Assembly (NCBI GenBank): GCA_963674755.2
Contig: CAXXVS010000002.1
Span: 672,001-736,000 of the forward strand
DNA: 64,000 bases
Direction: 5' to 3'
Origin: Desulfobacterales bacterium
Lineage (GTDB): Bacteria; Desulfobacterota; Desulfobacteria; Desulfobacterales; UBA5852
Numbering within the stretch: the first letter of the stretch is position 1; every line of letters begins with the position of its first letter. The notes below the pieces were generated by a model. The model searched no databases, had not been told where the DNA came from, and saw nothing but the letters and a program-made list of their open reading frames with translations. A program made the translations under genes and the position numbers. This document shows, one piece after another, positions 63,642 to 64,000 of the stretch.

Positions 63642-64000
63642 ATGAAATTTTTCATTGATACCGCGAACATCGATGAGATTAAAGAAGCCAATGCCATGGG
63701 GATGGTGGATGGTGTCACCACGAATCCGACGCTGATTGCCCGTGAAAAAGGCGCTTTCAAGGACATTATCGCCGAGATCTGCCGCATCGTGGACGGACCC
63801 ATCAGTGCGGAAGTCATCAGCCTGGCAACCGACGGCATGGTGGCCGAGGCGCGCGATCTGGCCAAAATTCATGACAACATCGTGGTCAAGATTCCCATGA
63901 CCACCGATGGACTCAAGGCCGTGCGCATTCTGGCCGCCGAGGGCATTCACACCAATGTGACCCTCATCTTTTCGGCGCTGCAGGCCCTCATGGCGGCCAA
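63642..64000 (+). CDS. transaldolase / fructose-6-phosphate aldolase (partial, runs off window)
   Basis: [27 protein letters not shown]. Confidence 0.95.
   Translation, partial: MKFFIDTANIDEIKEANAMGMVDGVTTNPTLIAREKGAFKDIIAEICRIVDGPISAEVISLATDGMVAEARDLAKIHDNIVVKIPMTTDGLKAVRILAAEGIHTNVTLIFSALQALMAA

Overview
GC-rich bacterial chromosome segment. Gene content and order suggest a Desulfobacterota (Desulfobacterales-like) genome; this is an inference. 1-10 kb: AI-2E transporter, recQ, PilZ protein, cadC/cadA-type heavy-metal unit, two-subunit CoA-transferase. 10-23.5 kb: a TolC-MFP-RND efflux operon next to a divergent cluster of four monoheme c-type cytochromes, which includes a Cyc2-type fused cytochrome-porin, followed by a BamE-like protein, a CAAX protease and an acidic-tailed lipoprotein. 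25.6-41.6 kb: a plastic zone around tRNA-Arg(CCT). It has three copies of an unannotated ~145-bp structured element abutting integron-type attC cassettes (no integrase in the window), 17-bp repeats bracketing a low-GC gene, an ABC-ATPase-TOPRIM (OLD-like) gene, several gene fragments (higA, GNAT, arginase, cheW, endonuclease I) and a signalling block (PAS hybrid kinase, tandem-CZB chemoreceptor). 42-64 kb: housekeeping genes (recD2, yciH, coaBC, UDG, nfeD/SPFH, xerC, hslVU, argBDGH, dapF, folK, transaldolase), a MITE and a probable lysA deletion scar. All calls come from reading the sequence; no database searches were run.
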